NCBI GenBank assembly: GCA_017519305.1
Contig: JAFWSN010000001.1
Location: forward strand, 120,296-184,295
DNA length: 64,000 nucleotides
Reading direction: 5' to 3'
DNA from: Candidatus Saccharimonadota bacterium
GTDB lineage: Bacteria; Patescibacteriota; Saccharimonadia; Saccharimonadales; Saccharimonadaceae
Below the pieces are notes generated by a model that saw nothing but the letters and a program-made list of their open reading frames with translations, did no database searches and was not told the origin of the DNA. The translations under genes and the position numbers were made by a program. Below are positions 9,790 to 20,276 of the stretch, in pieces. Numbering within the stretch: position 1 is the first letter of the stretch; each line of letters begins with the position of its first letter.

Positions 9790-10737
9790 TTAGTTGTTCT
9801 CGCCAGAAAGCTTGCTAGCAAAATCGGCAATATAGAAACCGACTACGCCACCAATCATTGGGAACACTGCGTAGGTAGCAAGTGCGGAGCAGATGCCGCC
9901 AACGATTTCGCCAAAGTTTGCACCAGCGGTTGGGAAGATTTGATACATCAAAGCAACTGCAGGGTTAAACAAATAGTTGTTGCTTAGGCCAAGGAAGGCG
10001 TAAGAAACGATGTAGCCGATCATCAAAGCACCGATAAGGCCACCAGCTACAACTGCTGCGAAAGTGAATACGCTGCGTTTGTAGGCGAGTGCACGGGCAA
10101 AGAAGAAGCCTAGGACAATCGCGCCGAATAGCTCGACTGATGTGACTAGCCAGAAATTACCTTCAGCAACTTCAGCCATGGATGGAATTGCATAAACTGC
10201 AGCTTCGCCACCGAGGCTAAAGAATGCGTTGAAAATTGCCCAACCGAGCCAAGCACCAATGATTTGTGCAATGATGTAGAATACACCACGAACAACTGAA
10301 ACGCGGCGAGTAGCCATCATGCCAGCGGTGATGATTGGGTTGAGATGTGCGCCAGAAAAGGCGAACACGGCTACAGTGATAGCGATGAATGCGAAAACAT
10401 AAATCGCGGCATTGTAGATGCCAAAGAATGAAAGTGCGAACATGACCAAGGTCAAGAGCAAAACACCAACGATTTCACCGATGAGTGCACCGTAGAATTT
10501 CGGTTCTTTAAAGACGGTCATGATGCTTTCGTCTTCGTATTTTTTAGCAAAGAATCCCGAGAAGATTCCTTTTTTCTCCACCTTTTTTGTTTTGGCCGGA
10601 GCTGCGACTAACTTGACGGTAGCGACTGGCTTTTTGGAAGCAACAGTTTTGGACTTAGCGACAGGTTTTTTTGCAGCGGCAGCTTTAGGTTTTGCAGCAA
10701 CTTTCTTTGCTGCAGTCTTTGGCTTGCTTGTTGCCAT
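9790..10737 (-). CDS. MIP/aquaporin family channel with Lys/Ala-rich N-terminal extension
   Basis: SGAHLNPI and LFNPAVA motifs, QIIGAWLG, ELFG; AAGGAGG SD. Confidence 0.88.
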   Translation of the reverse strand: MATSKPKTAAKKVAAKPKAAAAKKPVAKSKTVASKKPVATVKLVAAPAKTKKVEKKGIFSGFFAKKYEDESIMTVFKEPKFYGALIGEIVGVLLLTLVMFALSFFGIYNAAIYVFAFIAITVAVFAFSGAHLNPIITAGMMATRRVSVVRGVFYIIAQIIGAWLGWAIFNAFFSLGGEAAVYAIPSMAEVAEGNFWLVTSVELFGAIVLGFFFARALAYKRSVFTFAAVVAGGLIGALMIGYIVSYAFLGLSNNYLFNPAVALMYQIFPTAGANFGEIVGGICSALATYAVFPMIGGVVGFYIADFASKLSGENN

Positions 10738-10819
10738 TACGACCTCCTTTAATAATAATGGTTTTATTATATCATAGTATTTGTGCTATAATAAAAAAAT
10801 AATTTTAAGCAAAGGAATT

Positions 10820-11050
10820 ATGGGTATTATTGCAAACAAAGACGAAGATAGAAACGCTCAGCTCACACAGCGCATCAATGCTGACCTTAGGGCCAAAATG
10901 TCCGAAACTTCCAAGATCGCTGACGAGCCAGACGCAATTGAAGATTCTGAATATGTAAAAGATTTGAAAAAAACCGGTCGTTTTGGCTGGGTTTGGATTG
11001 TGCTAATTGTATTGGCTTTAATGTCACTCGTTAGTATTATTTTGATTTAG
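10820..11050 (+). CDS. Small hypothetical membrane protein
   Basis: ATG 10820 after AAAGGA; C-terminal TM WVWIVLIVLALMSLVSIILI. Confidence 0.65.
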   Translation: MGIIANKDEDRNAQLTQRINADLRAKMSETSKIADEPDAIEDSEYVKDLKKTGRFGWVWIVLIVLALMSLVSIILI

Positions 11051-11093
11051 TTTTTTCTACCAAAAACCATAACCGTGATATATAATATATATT

Positions 11094-13982
11094 ATGGATG
11101 ATTATGATCTTCAGGATTATGATGACGACAACGACTCTTTTTATTCCTATGATGCCGACAACTCCGGAAACGGTGGTTTTTATAATCCAGTAAGAGACGA
11201 AGAGAATTTCAGTATTCGGCCTGATTTTTTGAAACGTTCAGAAAATGGAGCAGTCGATGATCAAGCATCTACAAATCGCGATAGAAACAACATAGCTAAG
11301 AAAGATTTAAAAAACTCCGAGAATGCCGCTGCAAAAAGTGGCGATAATAACGGAAAGAAAAAAGGTGACGATAAAGGCTCAGCCGTGGGTGGAGCTCGCA
11401 TGCTCGAGAAGGGTGCAGCCGTCGCCAACCCGACCGCAGGCATTATTAATTCGGTTAAAGGCAAGAAGAATGACAAAAATAAAAAAGGCGGGTTTAAAAA
11501 GAAAGCTGCTTCCATTGTCTTAATTCTTTCTATTTTTGGTGGTGGCGCCGGAATTGCATCGGTCGGCCAGATGTTCCAGCCGTTCGCCTATGTTACCAAC
11601 GTGATACAAAACTTTGATGTTAGCAGCTATTCCAGTGCGGCAAGACTAAGAACCACAATGAAAGCTCTGTTCAAAGGGACCAAAGTATCCGCGAAACTCA
11701 CAAATTCATTAGGCAATGTCGGAATTGAAACAGAGGCGGATGCCGATGGCAATTTAACTAAGCTTAAATATGACAGTAATGACGGTAGTACGAAGACGAT
11801 TTCGAGCGAAGCGGAGCTAGATTCGGCGCTTAAAAACGATAAAACATTTTCTGGCAAGACCGCCAAGGCTGCGAATGACATCAACAATGATTCGTTCTTC
11901 GGAAAAGTCAAATCCTATGCCATGGACCGTATCAATGCGCTTAGAAATCGTTGGAATGGCTATAATGACGAAGATGACGCAAACGGATCTGGTCAAAAGT
12001 TCAACGCGATTGCTTCGGGGGAAGAGGCGGAAAGCGGTGCCGGAAAAACAACCATAAAGACGGCCGACGAACAGGGGGAAACCGACGACGATGGAAATGC
12101 AAAGGGGGCTGGAGTCTATAAAAGTAACGACGAAAACCCAGAAACCGTGGATAAGAAAAATACGTTAGACGGTATGCTCAAGGTGGAAGAGGATAGTGGT
12201 GGAGAAGTAAAAATTACTTCTGATAAATTGGATTTGGGGGGCATAAGTAAAATTGCCAAAAGAGCAAGTTTCGTCCATTGTACATATGTTCTGGTCACGC
12301 AAGCCATTGCCGCTATAACCATTGCGCGACAGGTTATGGATATGATTAATGGCGGTAGTGGATATGCGGAGGCTGTCCAAAAGTGTCAAGTTGGCGAAGG
12401 CGGCGAATGCGCTGCTATGCATGGGTATTCAAATAAGACAAACTCTGGTGATTTTTGGCAGGCCACTACGATTCATAGCGTAATGGGCGCTGGGACTCAG
12501 AATAATACGGCTGGCGATGCTAACCTAGAGAATATTTTCAACAATAAAACAATAACATCTATTGTTACCAAGGCTGGAATCGCCATTGATAAATGGAGAG
12601 AGTGTGTCTACATGAAAATGATTTCCGCTGGGTTAGACTTCGCGAGTGACTTGTTTGACGTAGTAAAAACTATTGCGACCGGCGGACTCTATGGTATTGT
12701 TTTGATAGTGAAAAAGTTTATTGTCGGCACCGCCGTAAGCTTGGCCGTTAGTGCCGTAGTGGGCGAGGCCGTCAAAATGATGATTAAAGTCGGAGTAAAT
12801 ATTATGTCTTTTGACAGAATCAAGGATATTGGAACGAAGTTGGCTGGCAATTATTTCACTGGTGGCATGAAGCGTATGTTATATAGTGCAGCGCAGGCCA
12901 ACGGAGCAGCTATGGGCACAACTACGGCCGTAAACATGTTTAACGAATATAAAAATTCCGTTATCGCGGATCGTATGATATACGATCAGGAGAACCTTAG
13001 CCCGTTCGATATCACATCTAAATACACTTTCCTTGGCAGTATAGTTAACTCTATGGCGAAATTCTCCATTTTATCATCAGCCACCACGACACCGTTAATC
13101 AGCAGCATGTCTTCAGTTGGTTCTCTTGTGGCCAGTTCGGTGACTAGTATGATGCCGAAAGCTATGGCCGTTGAATATAACGACGTAGCCGACGCCCCTG
13201 GCGACTGTTGGTTGGTAAATAGTATTGACGCCGTCGGGGATGCTAACCTATGCTTTGAATCTATAATTTCCGACACAAGTACTTTCTCGATTTCATACGA
13301 AGAATCTAAGGATTATTTGTGTGAAAATCGAATGTTGAAAAATTGTGACACGGACCAACCGACCATCTCCTCGGGCTCTACCCTAGCTAAGTATATAGAA
13401 TATTGGACCATGCGAGATACTCATCCCGGTCTAGCAGATAGCGCAATCGTGGATGCTTCGCACAAGGTCAGTACTGGCGATAAAACCGTGGATGGCGTTA
13501 TTAGTAGAGTTCCAATAATCGGTTCGGTGGCTGATTTCGCAAACGCCTCGGGGGAGGAGCAAAACGAGACGGAGATTTTTGGCTCTCACTACGTTGCTGG
13601 TTCGGAAAACTGGGGAGAAGAAGAAAAAAATATCCAGACGTTTCTAGAGTTTGACACTCTCTATGAACAACTTGGCTTAATCGAGACTTCTACTTTAGCG
13701 AGCTACCTAGATGATTATTATGAAAAAAATCCACTCGACAATAGCTATGAGGGGACTTTGGCTAGATTTTCCGGATTGCCAAAAGAAACGGTCATTGATA
13801 CTTTGGCCTATATGGAATATCTAGAGTTCGTGGAAGAATATGAACCGGGGGCACGCTATGCGTTTGGCGATGACGCTATAGATGAGCATATTATGCTTGA
13901 TGAAAACGAGGATAACTTTGAATATTTGCCAGCAACCGAAATCGCTTACTTTGATTTGCGCAGCAGAAACTATACAGTATAA
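11094..13982 (+). CDS. Large hypothetical membrane protein (962 aa)
   Basis: Long ORF; acidic/Asn-rich N-terminus, basic stretch plus TM near aa 140, central hydrophobic Ala/Gly-rich region, several Cys. Confidence 0.8.
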   Translation: MDDYDLQDYDDDNDSFYSYDADNSGNGGFYNPVRDEENFSIRPDFLKRSENGAVDDQASTNRDRNNIAKKDLKNSENAAAKSGDNNGKKKGDDKGSAVGGARMLEKGAAVANPTAGIINSVKGKKNDKNKKGGFKKKAASIVLILSIFGGGAGIASVGQMFQPFAYVTNVIQNFDVSSYSSAARLRTTMKALFKGTKVSAKLTNSLGNVGIETEADADGNLTKLKYDSNDGSTKTISSEAELDSALKNDKTFSGKTAKAANDINNDSFFGKVKSYAMDRINALRNRWNGYNDEDDANGSGQKFNAIASGEEAESGAGKTTIKTADEQGETDDDGNAKGAGVYKSNDENPETVDKKNTLDGMLKVEEDSGGEVKITSDKLDLGGISKIAKRASFVHCTYVLVTQAIAAITIARQVMDMINGGSGYAEAVQKCQVGEGGECAAMHGYSNKTNSGDFWQATTIHSVMGAGTQNNTAGDANLENIFNNKTITSIVTKAGIAIDKWRECVYMKMISAGLDFASDLFDVVKTIATGGLYGIVLIVKKFIVGTAVSLAVSAVVGEAVKMMIKVGVNIMSFDRIKDIGTKLAGNYFTGGMKRMLYSAAQANGAAMGTTTAVNMFNEYKNSVIADRMIYDQENLSPFDITSKYTFLGSIVNSMAKFSILSSATTTPLISSMSSVGSLVASSVTSMMPKAMAVEYNDVADAPGDCWLVNSIDAVGDANLCFESIISDTSTFSISYEESKDYLCENRMLKNCDTDQPTISSGSTLAKYIEYWTMRDTHPGLADSAIVDASHKVSTGDKTVDGVISRVPIIGSVADFANASGEEQNETEIFGSHYVAGSENWGEEEKNIQTFLEFDTLYEQLGLIETSTLASYLDDYYEKNPLDNSYEGTLARFSGLPKETVIDTLAYMEYLEFVEEYEPGARYAFGDDAIDEHIMLDENEDNFEYLPATEIAYFDLRSRNYTV

Positions 13983-14014
13983 AAAAAATACGTCACATGA
14001 GTGACGCATTTTTT
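13981..14014. terminator. Bidirectional terminator
   Basis: A8-TACGTCAC-ATGA-GTGACGCA-T6 between convergent genes. Confidence 0.75.
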
Positions 14015-14025
14015 GTGTCGTCTAA

Positions 14026-14913
14026 TTATTTTTTAGCTAGTGGATCGCCAGTGTACCCATCAAGATAAGCATTAATAAACACTTCTAGCACGTCTGCAGA
14101 ATTTTCCGACATCGTGGTAAGATAAGAAAATTCGTCTTCCGGAGTGTTTTCGAACATATAAATGCGATTATTTTTGACGGTCGGCGTACCATCTTCGTAC
14201 GCACAAACAATCTTTTCGCCAACGCTGTAAAAAATCAATCCGCCATCCGGGTTAATTTTTACAGAAATACCGTTATCGTTTTTTAGGACTATACGATTCG
14301 GACCCTCTTTATAAATATCATTCTTATCGACACCAATTTCTCCAAGCCACTCCTCCATATTCAAGTAACCGCCAGGGTATTCACCGCTAACCTGGCTTTG
14401 GATCTTTGCCGAATTTTTATAAAGATAATCCCGATAATCTACTCCTGGCGTCACTTCTACGCTGCCGGCTTCGTAAACATAATAATCGTTATAACTGTCA
14501 TATTCGCCCACAGCTTTTTCTACCACCGGCTTACCTTTTTTCTTCTCGGTTTCAGAAGTCTCGGTTACAGTTACGGTAGACGTGTCTATATCAACGGCTG
14601 ATTCGGTCGTGTCGGTGGCTGTGTCGGTAATTTTGGTACCTTCGTCACCGGTTTCGCTAGGAGATGATTCTGGTAATTTGTCTTTGGAACAACCATTTGC
14701 AAAAGCAATGGCGGCAGCTAAGGTGCCTAGGAAAGCCCTGCGGCTTATTTTGCCTTTTTCGCCATTAGCAGATACCTCTGCTCTTTTAACTACTTCGTCA
14801 ACCATCTCGTCGGAGACGGGGGCTGCTTCACTAACATTCTCGTCAGGAATGAAAGCTGTTTCGTCAGTGTAATTAGCTTCGTTATTATCAGAAGGATATG
14901 TTTCTCCTGTCAT
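14026..14913 (-). CDS. Hypothetical lipoprotein with twin-arginine-like signal
   Basis: SRRAFLG, hydrophobic stretch, lipobox-like ANGC (Cys75), Thr/Ser/Glu linker; AAGGAG SD. Confidence 0.7.
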   Translation of the reverse strand: MTGETYPSDNNEANYTDETAFIPDENVSEAAPVSDEMVDEVVKRAEVSANGEKGKISRRAFLGTLAAAIAFANGCSKDKLPESSPSETGDEGTKITDTATDTTESAVDIDTSTVTVTETSETEKKKGKPVVEKAVGEYDSYNDYYVYEAGSVEVTPGVDYRDYLYKNSAKIQSQVSGEYPGGYLNMEEWLGEIGVDKNDIYKEGPNRIVLKNDNGISVKINPDGGLIFYSVGEKIVCAYEDGTPTVKNNRIYMFENTPEDEFSYLTTMSENSADVLEVFINAYLDGYTGDPLAKK

Positions 14914-15031
14914 GTTGCTCCTTATTTCATTAACGGAAGGTTACATCGACCTTCTCCTAAAGATAATTCTAATGATTATTTTGAATTTTTCAAGACTCGC
15001 TTTTGTCTCCTATCGGTGATATAATATGTCT

Positions 15032-15988
15032 ATGCAAGAACTCGAGAAATTAAAATCTGATTTAAAAGCTTTAAATGCGGAATATGCCAAGATCAAAGAT
15101 ATCCCAGCCGAGAAACGTGCTGAATTTGGTCGTGAGATGAACGCCAAGAAAAATGCGCTTCTTGAAGCTATCGCTAAGGCTGAGGAGGCTGCGCTCGAAT
15201 CTGAGATTGAGCCACTCGATATTACCGCTCCTACCGCCCCAAACCAACCTATCCCAGAGTTCCTCTCAGCCGAAGGTGGTTCAAAACACCCACTTATGAC
15301 TGAACTTGATCGTGTAATTGAAATCTACCAAATGATGGGTTTCGACGTCGTCGAGCCACGTCAGCTTGATGATGAATATCACATGTTTGATAGCCTAAAC
15401 TTCCCAAAGGGTCATCCGGCGCGCGACGGCTACGATACGTTCCGCACCGAAGAGGGATATATTCCGCCAGCTCACACCTCAACTATGCAAAATCGTGTTC
15501 TTAAAGCCTGCAAAAAGAATCTTGATGAAGGCAAGAATATTGCCGTCGTAGTTCCTGGCCGCGTCTTCCGTAATGAGGACGTCGACACTACTCACGAGCA
15601 CACATTCTACCAGTGCGAAGGTGTTTACGTCTCGAAAGATTGTACTCTCGGCAACATGCTTGGCATTTTGCGTGAATTTTTCGAAAAATATTACGAGCAA
15701 AAACTCGACATTTCTACTCAGCCAGGTTACTTTCCATTTACTGAGCCGTCACTCGAATTCAAGATCGAAAAGCCAAAGGCCCTAGGTGGCAAAAAAGGCG
15801 AGTTTATCGAAATGCTCGGCTGCGGCATGATTCATCCAAACGTTCTTAAAATGGCTGGCATTGACCCAACTATTTACCACGGCTTCGCGTGGGGTGGCGG
15901 CATCGACCGTCTGGTAATGTTGCGCTACGGACTTAAAGATGTGCGTTATTTCGAATCCGGCAAACTTAATTTCTTGAAGGAGTTTTAA
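15032..15988 (+). CDS. pheS: Phenylalanyl-tRNA synthetase alpha subunit
   Basis: HPARD, HTS, GRVFRNE, YFPFTEPS, GFAWGGGIDR. Start moved to 15032 (6 nt after TATAAT). Confidence 0.97.
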   Translation: MQELEKLKSDLKALNAEYAKIKDIPAEKRAEFGREMNAKKNALLEAIAKAEEAALESEIEPLDITAPTAPNQPIPEFLSAEGGSKHPLMTELDRVIEIYQMMGFDVVEPRQLDDEYHMFDSLNFPKGHPARDGYDTFRTEEGYIPPAHTSTMQNRVLKACKKNLDEGKNIAVVVPGRVFRNEDVDTTHEHTFYQCEGVYVSKDCTLGNMLGILREFFEKYYEQKLDISTQPGYFPFTEPSLEFKIEKPKALGGKKGEFIEMLGCGMIHPNVLKMAGIDPTIYHGFAWGGGIDRLVMLRYGLKDVRYFESGKLNFLKEF

Positions 15989-15989
15989 T

Positions 15990-18389
15990 ATGAGAATTTC
16001 TTTAAATTGGCTCAAAAAATATGTCGATATCAACGTTGAAAATGCCGAACTCGAAAAACTTATCGACTCACGCTTGGTAGAAATCGAAGAAATTATTGAC
16101 GAATCTAAAAAATACGAGAATATTTTTGTAGTTGAAGTCGTCGAATGCGAAGCAATCCCGGAGACTCATCTTCATCTTTGCAAAATTAACGCAGGTAACC
16201 ATGAGTTAGCTGATGGAACTGGTCTAGTTCAGGTTGTTTGTGGTGCACCAAACGTTCACGCCGGTATGCTTGCTGCCTGGATTGCTCCAGGTGCAATTGT
16301 GCCAGCTAGTGTTAATGAAGACGCTCCATTCGTAATCGGCAAGCGCAAAATGCTCGGCAAATACGATTCTTACGGTATGCTTGCTGGCGCCGACGAGCTA
16401 GATTTTAGTACTGACCACGCAGCGATTATTGAAATCGATCCAGCTATCGCCAAGCCAGGCGATAAATTCGCCGACGTTTTTGAATTGAACGATGCAGTTC
16501 TTGATATTGAAAACAAGTCTTTGACTCACCGTCCAGACTGTTTTGGTTTGATTGGTTTCGCCAGGGAAGTGGCCGGTGTTCTCGGCCAGAAATTCGATTC
16601 CGATTCAATTGAAGAGATTGCGCCGATTGCTTACGAAAACGCGGAAAAAAGCGTTTCTATTTCGGATCCTGAAATTTGTTCACGCTACTCTGCTGTAGTT
16701 TTGAAAAAACACGGTGAAATCAAAAAGAAATATTTCGGCTTAACCGATACAATTTTGGCCAAAGCCGGCATGCGTCCAGTTGATCCAATTGTAGACGCTA
16801 CGAACTATCTAATGCTTCTCACTGGTCAACCATTACACGCGTTTGATTACGATAAATTCCTCGCCGTTGGCGGCACGACCGAACCAAAAATTGGCGTACG
16901 CCTTGCAAAAGAAGGTGAAAAACTCGTTTTGCTCGACGATTCCGAGATTGAACTTGTTGATACCGATATTGTCATCACTAGTAATGACATTCCTGTCGCG
17001 CTTGCTGGCGCGATGGGCGGCAAGTCTACTATGATCGATGAAAATACCAAGAATGTCATCATTGAATCAGCCGCTTTCAGCCTGTTTAATCTTCGCAAAA
17101 CCCAAATGGCGCACGGTATTTTCTCTGAAGCCATTACACGTTTCACTAAGGGCCAACCAGCCTATCAAACCGTAAACGTCGCCTTGCACTGTGCAGACTT
17201 GCTAAAAGATGGTTTCGTTGTAGAAAAGATTATCGACTCTGGTTACGAACAAAAGGATAACGTTGTAAAAATTACAACACCAGAAATTAATGGTTTGCTC
17301 GGCACAAATTATTCAAACGAGGAAATTGTTAAGACTCTCGAAAACGTTGAATTTAAGGTCGCTGCCGATGGCGATAACCTTACTGTTGCTGCTCCAGCCT
17401 GGCGCACCGACATTCATATCAAAGAAGATATTATTGAGGAAATCGGTCGCCTTAATGGCTATGACAACATTGCTCCGGTTTTACCAGCTCACGCTACTGC
17501 TGAAAAGAATAAAATGGTTGCCATTAAATCCCAAATCCGCAACTTCTTCAGTCTAACCGGTGCCAACGAGCTGCTTACTTATACTTTCGTGCACGGCGAT
17601 TTGCTTGAGAAGGTTGGCCAAGACATCAAGAACTCTTACCGCCTCGTTAACTCAATCTCGCCAGAGCTACAATATCTCCGTCAGCAAATTGTCCCATCAT
17701 TGCTTGTTAAGGCACACGACAACCTCAAGGCCAAGTATTCAAGCTTTGCATTGTTTGAGATGAACCAAACATTCTCACGCAGTACCGGTGTCGACGAAGA
17801 CGGCGTGCCAATTGCCAATAACAACCTCGCTATGGTTGTAGCTGACAACTCTGAAGAAACCAAGTATTATCTTGCGAAGAAATATGTCGAAGAGCTTGGT
17901 AAGAAACTCGGTATTACTCTTTCATTTAAGAAATTCGTACCAGTGCCAAAAGAGGCCTTCTATGAACCAAAGCGTAGCGCGAGTATTTATATTGGCGATA
18001 CAATTGTTGGCTGCATCGGCGAAATCAAAAACAGTGTTTTAAACAAACTCAAACTTCCACGCGGTGTTGCCGCGTTCGAAATTAGCCTAGAAGCTTTGAC
18101 CGAATTTGCTACTCTCAAGAAGGCAGCCCCAGAAATCAGCGACTATCCGACTGTCTCGCGCGATATTACCGTTATTACTGACGCGCCATACGAATCTATC
18201 TTTGAAAAACTCCAAGACAAGCTCGAAAGCCATGATCTAGTGTTCAAGCTTGTCCCAACTTCAATTTATCAAGCCGAAGGCGCTGCTAAGCCAAGCCTCA
18301 GCTTCCACCTTGAATTTGCTGACAAGAACAAGACTCTCGAGTCTGCTGAAATCCTTGCCATTATGGACGAGCTCGAAAAAATCGCCTAA
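15990..18389 (+). CDS. pheT: Phenylalanyl-tRNA synthetase beta subunit
   Basis: VVCGAPNV, HRPDC, GQPLHAFD, WRTDI, EEIGRLNGYDNI, YPTVSRDI. Confidence 0.97.
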   Translation: MRISLNWLKKYVDINVENAELEKLIDSRLVEIEEIIDESKKYENIFVVEVVECEAIPETHLHLCKINAGNHELADGTGLVQVVCGAPNVHAGMLAAWIAPGAIVPASVNEDAPFVIGKRKMLGKYDSYGMLAGADELDFSTDHAAIIEIDPAIAKPGDKFADVFELNDAVLDIENKSLTHRPDCFGLIGFAREVAGVLGQKFDSDSIEEIAPIAYENAEKSVSISDPEICSRYSAVVLKKHGEIKKKYFGLTDTILAKAGMRPVDPIVDATNYLMLLTGQPLHAFDYDKFLAVGGTTEPKIGVRLAKEGEKLVLLDDSEIELVDTDIVITSNDIPVALAGAMGGKSTMIDENTKNVIIESAAFSLFNLRKTQMAHGIFSEAITRFTKGQPAYQTVNVALHCADLLKDGFVVEKIIDSGYEQKDNVVKITTPEINGLLGTNYSNEEIVKTLENVEFKVAADGDNLTVAAPAWRTDIHIKEDIIEEIGRLNGYDNIAPVLPAHATAEKNKMVAIKSQIRNFFSLTGANELLTYTFVHGDLLEKVGQDIKNSYRLVNSISPELQYLRQQIVPSLLVKAHDNLKAKYSSFALFEMNQTFSRSTGVDEDGVPIANNNLAMVVADNSEETKYYLAKKYVEELGKKLGITLSFKKFVPVPKEAFYEPKRSASIYIGDTIVGCIGEIKNSVLNKLKLPRGVAAFEISLEALTEFATLKKAAPEISDYPTVSRDITVITDAPYESIFEKLQDKLESHDLVFKLVPTSIYQAEGAAKPSLSFHLEFADKNKTLESAEILAIMDELEKIA

Positions 18390-18436
18390 AACATAAGAAA
18401 TTTCTAGATTCTTAGCACTTATGTTATAATAAGCTT

Positions 18437-19198
18437 ATGATTTTGTTTGATCGAGTATCAAAAACTTATCCAGGCGATGCGCATCCAGCGCTCGACGATG
18501 TTTCACTTCATATCGAACCAAACGAATTCGTCTTTTTGGTCGGTGTTTCCGGTGCCGGTAAGTCGACCCTCATGAAGATGATTACTAAAGAGGAAAGCCC
18601 GGACACGGGCAAGATTATCATCGGTGGCATCGATCTTGATTTTGTTAAAAAACGTCATATTCCAGAATATCGTCGCCGTCTTGGTGTTGTATTCCAGGAC
18701 TTTAAACTTTTGCCGCGCCGTACGGTCTACGAAAACGTTGCTTTCGCACTTGAAATTGCCGGTATGAGCAATAAGGATATCGAAAAAACCGTGCCAAAAG
18801 TCCTCGAACTCGTCGGCTTGCTTGACCAGGCCAAAAAATTCCCAGATCAAATTTCCGGTGGCCAACGCCAGCGTGTGTCGATTGCTCGTTCGGTTGCTCG
18901 CCAGCCAAAGATTTTGATTGCCGATGAGCCTACTGGCCAGCTCGACAAACTTACTACGGAAGAAATTATTGATTTGTTAAAGAAAATTAACGATTTCGGT
19001 ACGACTATTTTGGTTACGACCCACAACGAAGAAATCGTTAACAATCTCCAAAAGCGCGTAGTCACATTGAAAGATGGTCGCATTGTTAATGATCAGAAAA
19101 ATAACGGTATTTATAAACTCGACGAAACGCCGACACCGAAACCGTCCAGAACGGTTCGTACGCCGGGCCATGCTCTAAAAATGAGGAAGGTTATTTAA
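18437..19198 (+). CDS. ftsE: Cell division ATP-binding protein FtsE
   Basis: GVSGAGKST, GVVFQDFKLL, ISGGQRQRV, ADEPTG; upstream of ftsX. Confidence 0.93.
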   Translation: MILFDRVSKTYPGDAHPALDDVSLHIEPNEFVFLVGVSGAGKSTLMKMITKEESPDTGKIIIGGIDLDFVKKRHIPEYRRRLGVVFQDFKLLPRRTVYENVAFALEIAGMSNKDIEKTVPKVLELVGLLDQAKKFPDQISGGQRQRVSIARSVARQPKILIADEPTGQLDKLTTEEIIDLLKKINDFGTTILVTTHNEEIVNNLQKRVVTLKDGRIVNDQKNNGIYKLDETPTPKPSRTVRTPGHALKMRKVI

Positions 19199-20239
19199 AT
19201 GGTAGAAAAAGACAAACAGCCAAAAACTAAAAAATCGCTCAAGGGAGTAGCTAAAGAAAAGCTTAAAACCATGAAGCGTAGTAGCACCAAGCATCCGATG
19301 CGCGAAAAATCTCGCATCGTCAAATATGGTGCAATTGGCTTTACTCGTAATATTTGGCTTTCTACTGCTGCTACCGCAGTGATGACTTTTACGCTATTTA
19401 TTTTATTTATCACGGTAGTAGCAAGCGTGATTCTCACTAATACTGCCGACGCGATGCGCGAGAAGATCGACATTACCGTCTACTTCAAACCTGGTACCTC
19501 GCAAGAATTATTGGATGATTTGTCCGGAATTATGTTGGAAGATGAAAATGTGAAATCTGTCGAAGTCGCTACTTCACGACAAGAATTCGAAAAATTCCTC
19601 AAAGAGAACCAAGACAACAAAGAACTTCTCGAAGTCGTCGAAGAAGAGGATATGAAACAAGTCATGATTTCTCAGATGCAATCGACGATGCGTATCAAAG
19701 TCTATAACGTGGACGATCTCTCAAGTATCAAAGAAATTGTCGAAAATAATGAGACATATCAGAAAAACCTTGATGCCAAAAAAGCACCGACTTACAATGT
19801 GAACCAAGTCGAAATTGCCACGATTACTACTTGGGCCCGTATTGCTAGGACTGGTGGCTTCGTGCTTGGCATTGTGTTTTTGATTATCTCGGTCTTGATT
19901 ATCTTTAGCACGATTCGCCTCTCGATCTTTAGCCGTCGCGAAGAAATTTACATGATGAAATTGGTCGGTGCCAGCAAAGGTTTTACGCGCGGCCCATTCA
20001 TCGTCGAGGCAGAAATTTGTGGCGCCATCGCCGCAATCTTTGCCGCTACGATTAGCTACTTCTTCTTTAAGATGCTTGCGCCAAAACTCGCCGATTATGG
20101 AATCAGTGTCGATTCAATTTCGAACGTGCTCGAATCCAATAAACTAATCCTAGTTTATGTCGCCTTCATGATTGTCGGTGTATTTATTGGTAGCATTTCG
20201 GCTCGTCTTGCAGTCAAGAAATACCTCAATAAAGCGTAA
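19199..20239 (+). CDS. ftsX: Cell division permease FtsX
   Basis: N-terminal TM, extracellular domain, TIRLSIFSRREEIYMMKLVGAS, GPFIVE. Confidence 0.92.
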   Translation: MVEKDKQPKTKKSLKGVAKEKLKTMKRSSTKHPMREKSRIVKYGAIGFTRNIWLSTAATAVMTFTLFILFITVVASVILTNTADAMREKIDITVYFKPGTSQELLDDLSGIMLEDENVKSVEVATSRQEFEKFLKENQDNKELLEVVEEEDMKQVMISQMQSTMRIKVYNVDDLSSIKEIVENNETYQKNLDAKKAPTYNVNQVEIATITTWARIARTGGFVLGIVFLIISVLIIFSTIRLSIFSRREEIYMMKLVGASKGFTRGPFIVEAEICGAIAAIFAATISYFFFKMLAPKLADYGISVDSISNVLESNKLILVYVAFMIVGVFIGSISARLAVKKYLNKA

Positions 20240-20276
20240 GCTTTACAAGATATAATTTTTATGCTATATAATATAT

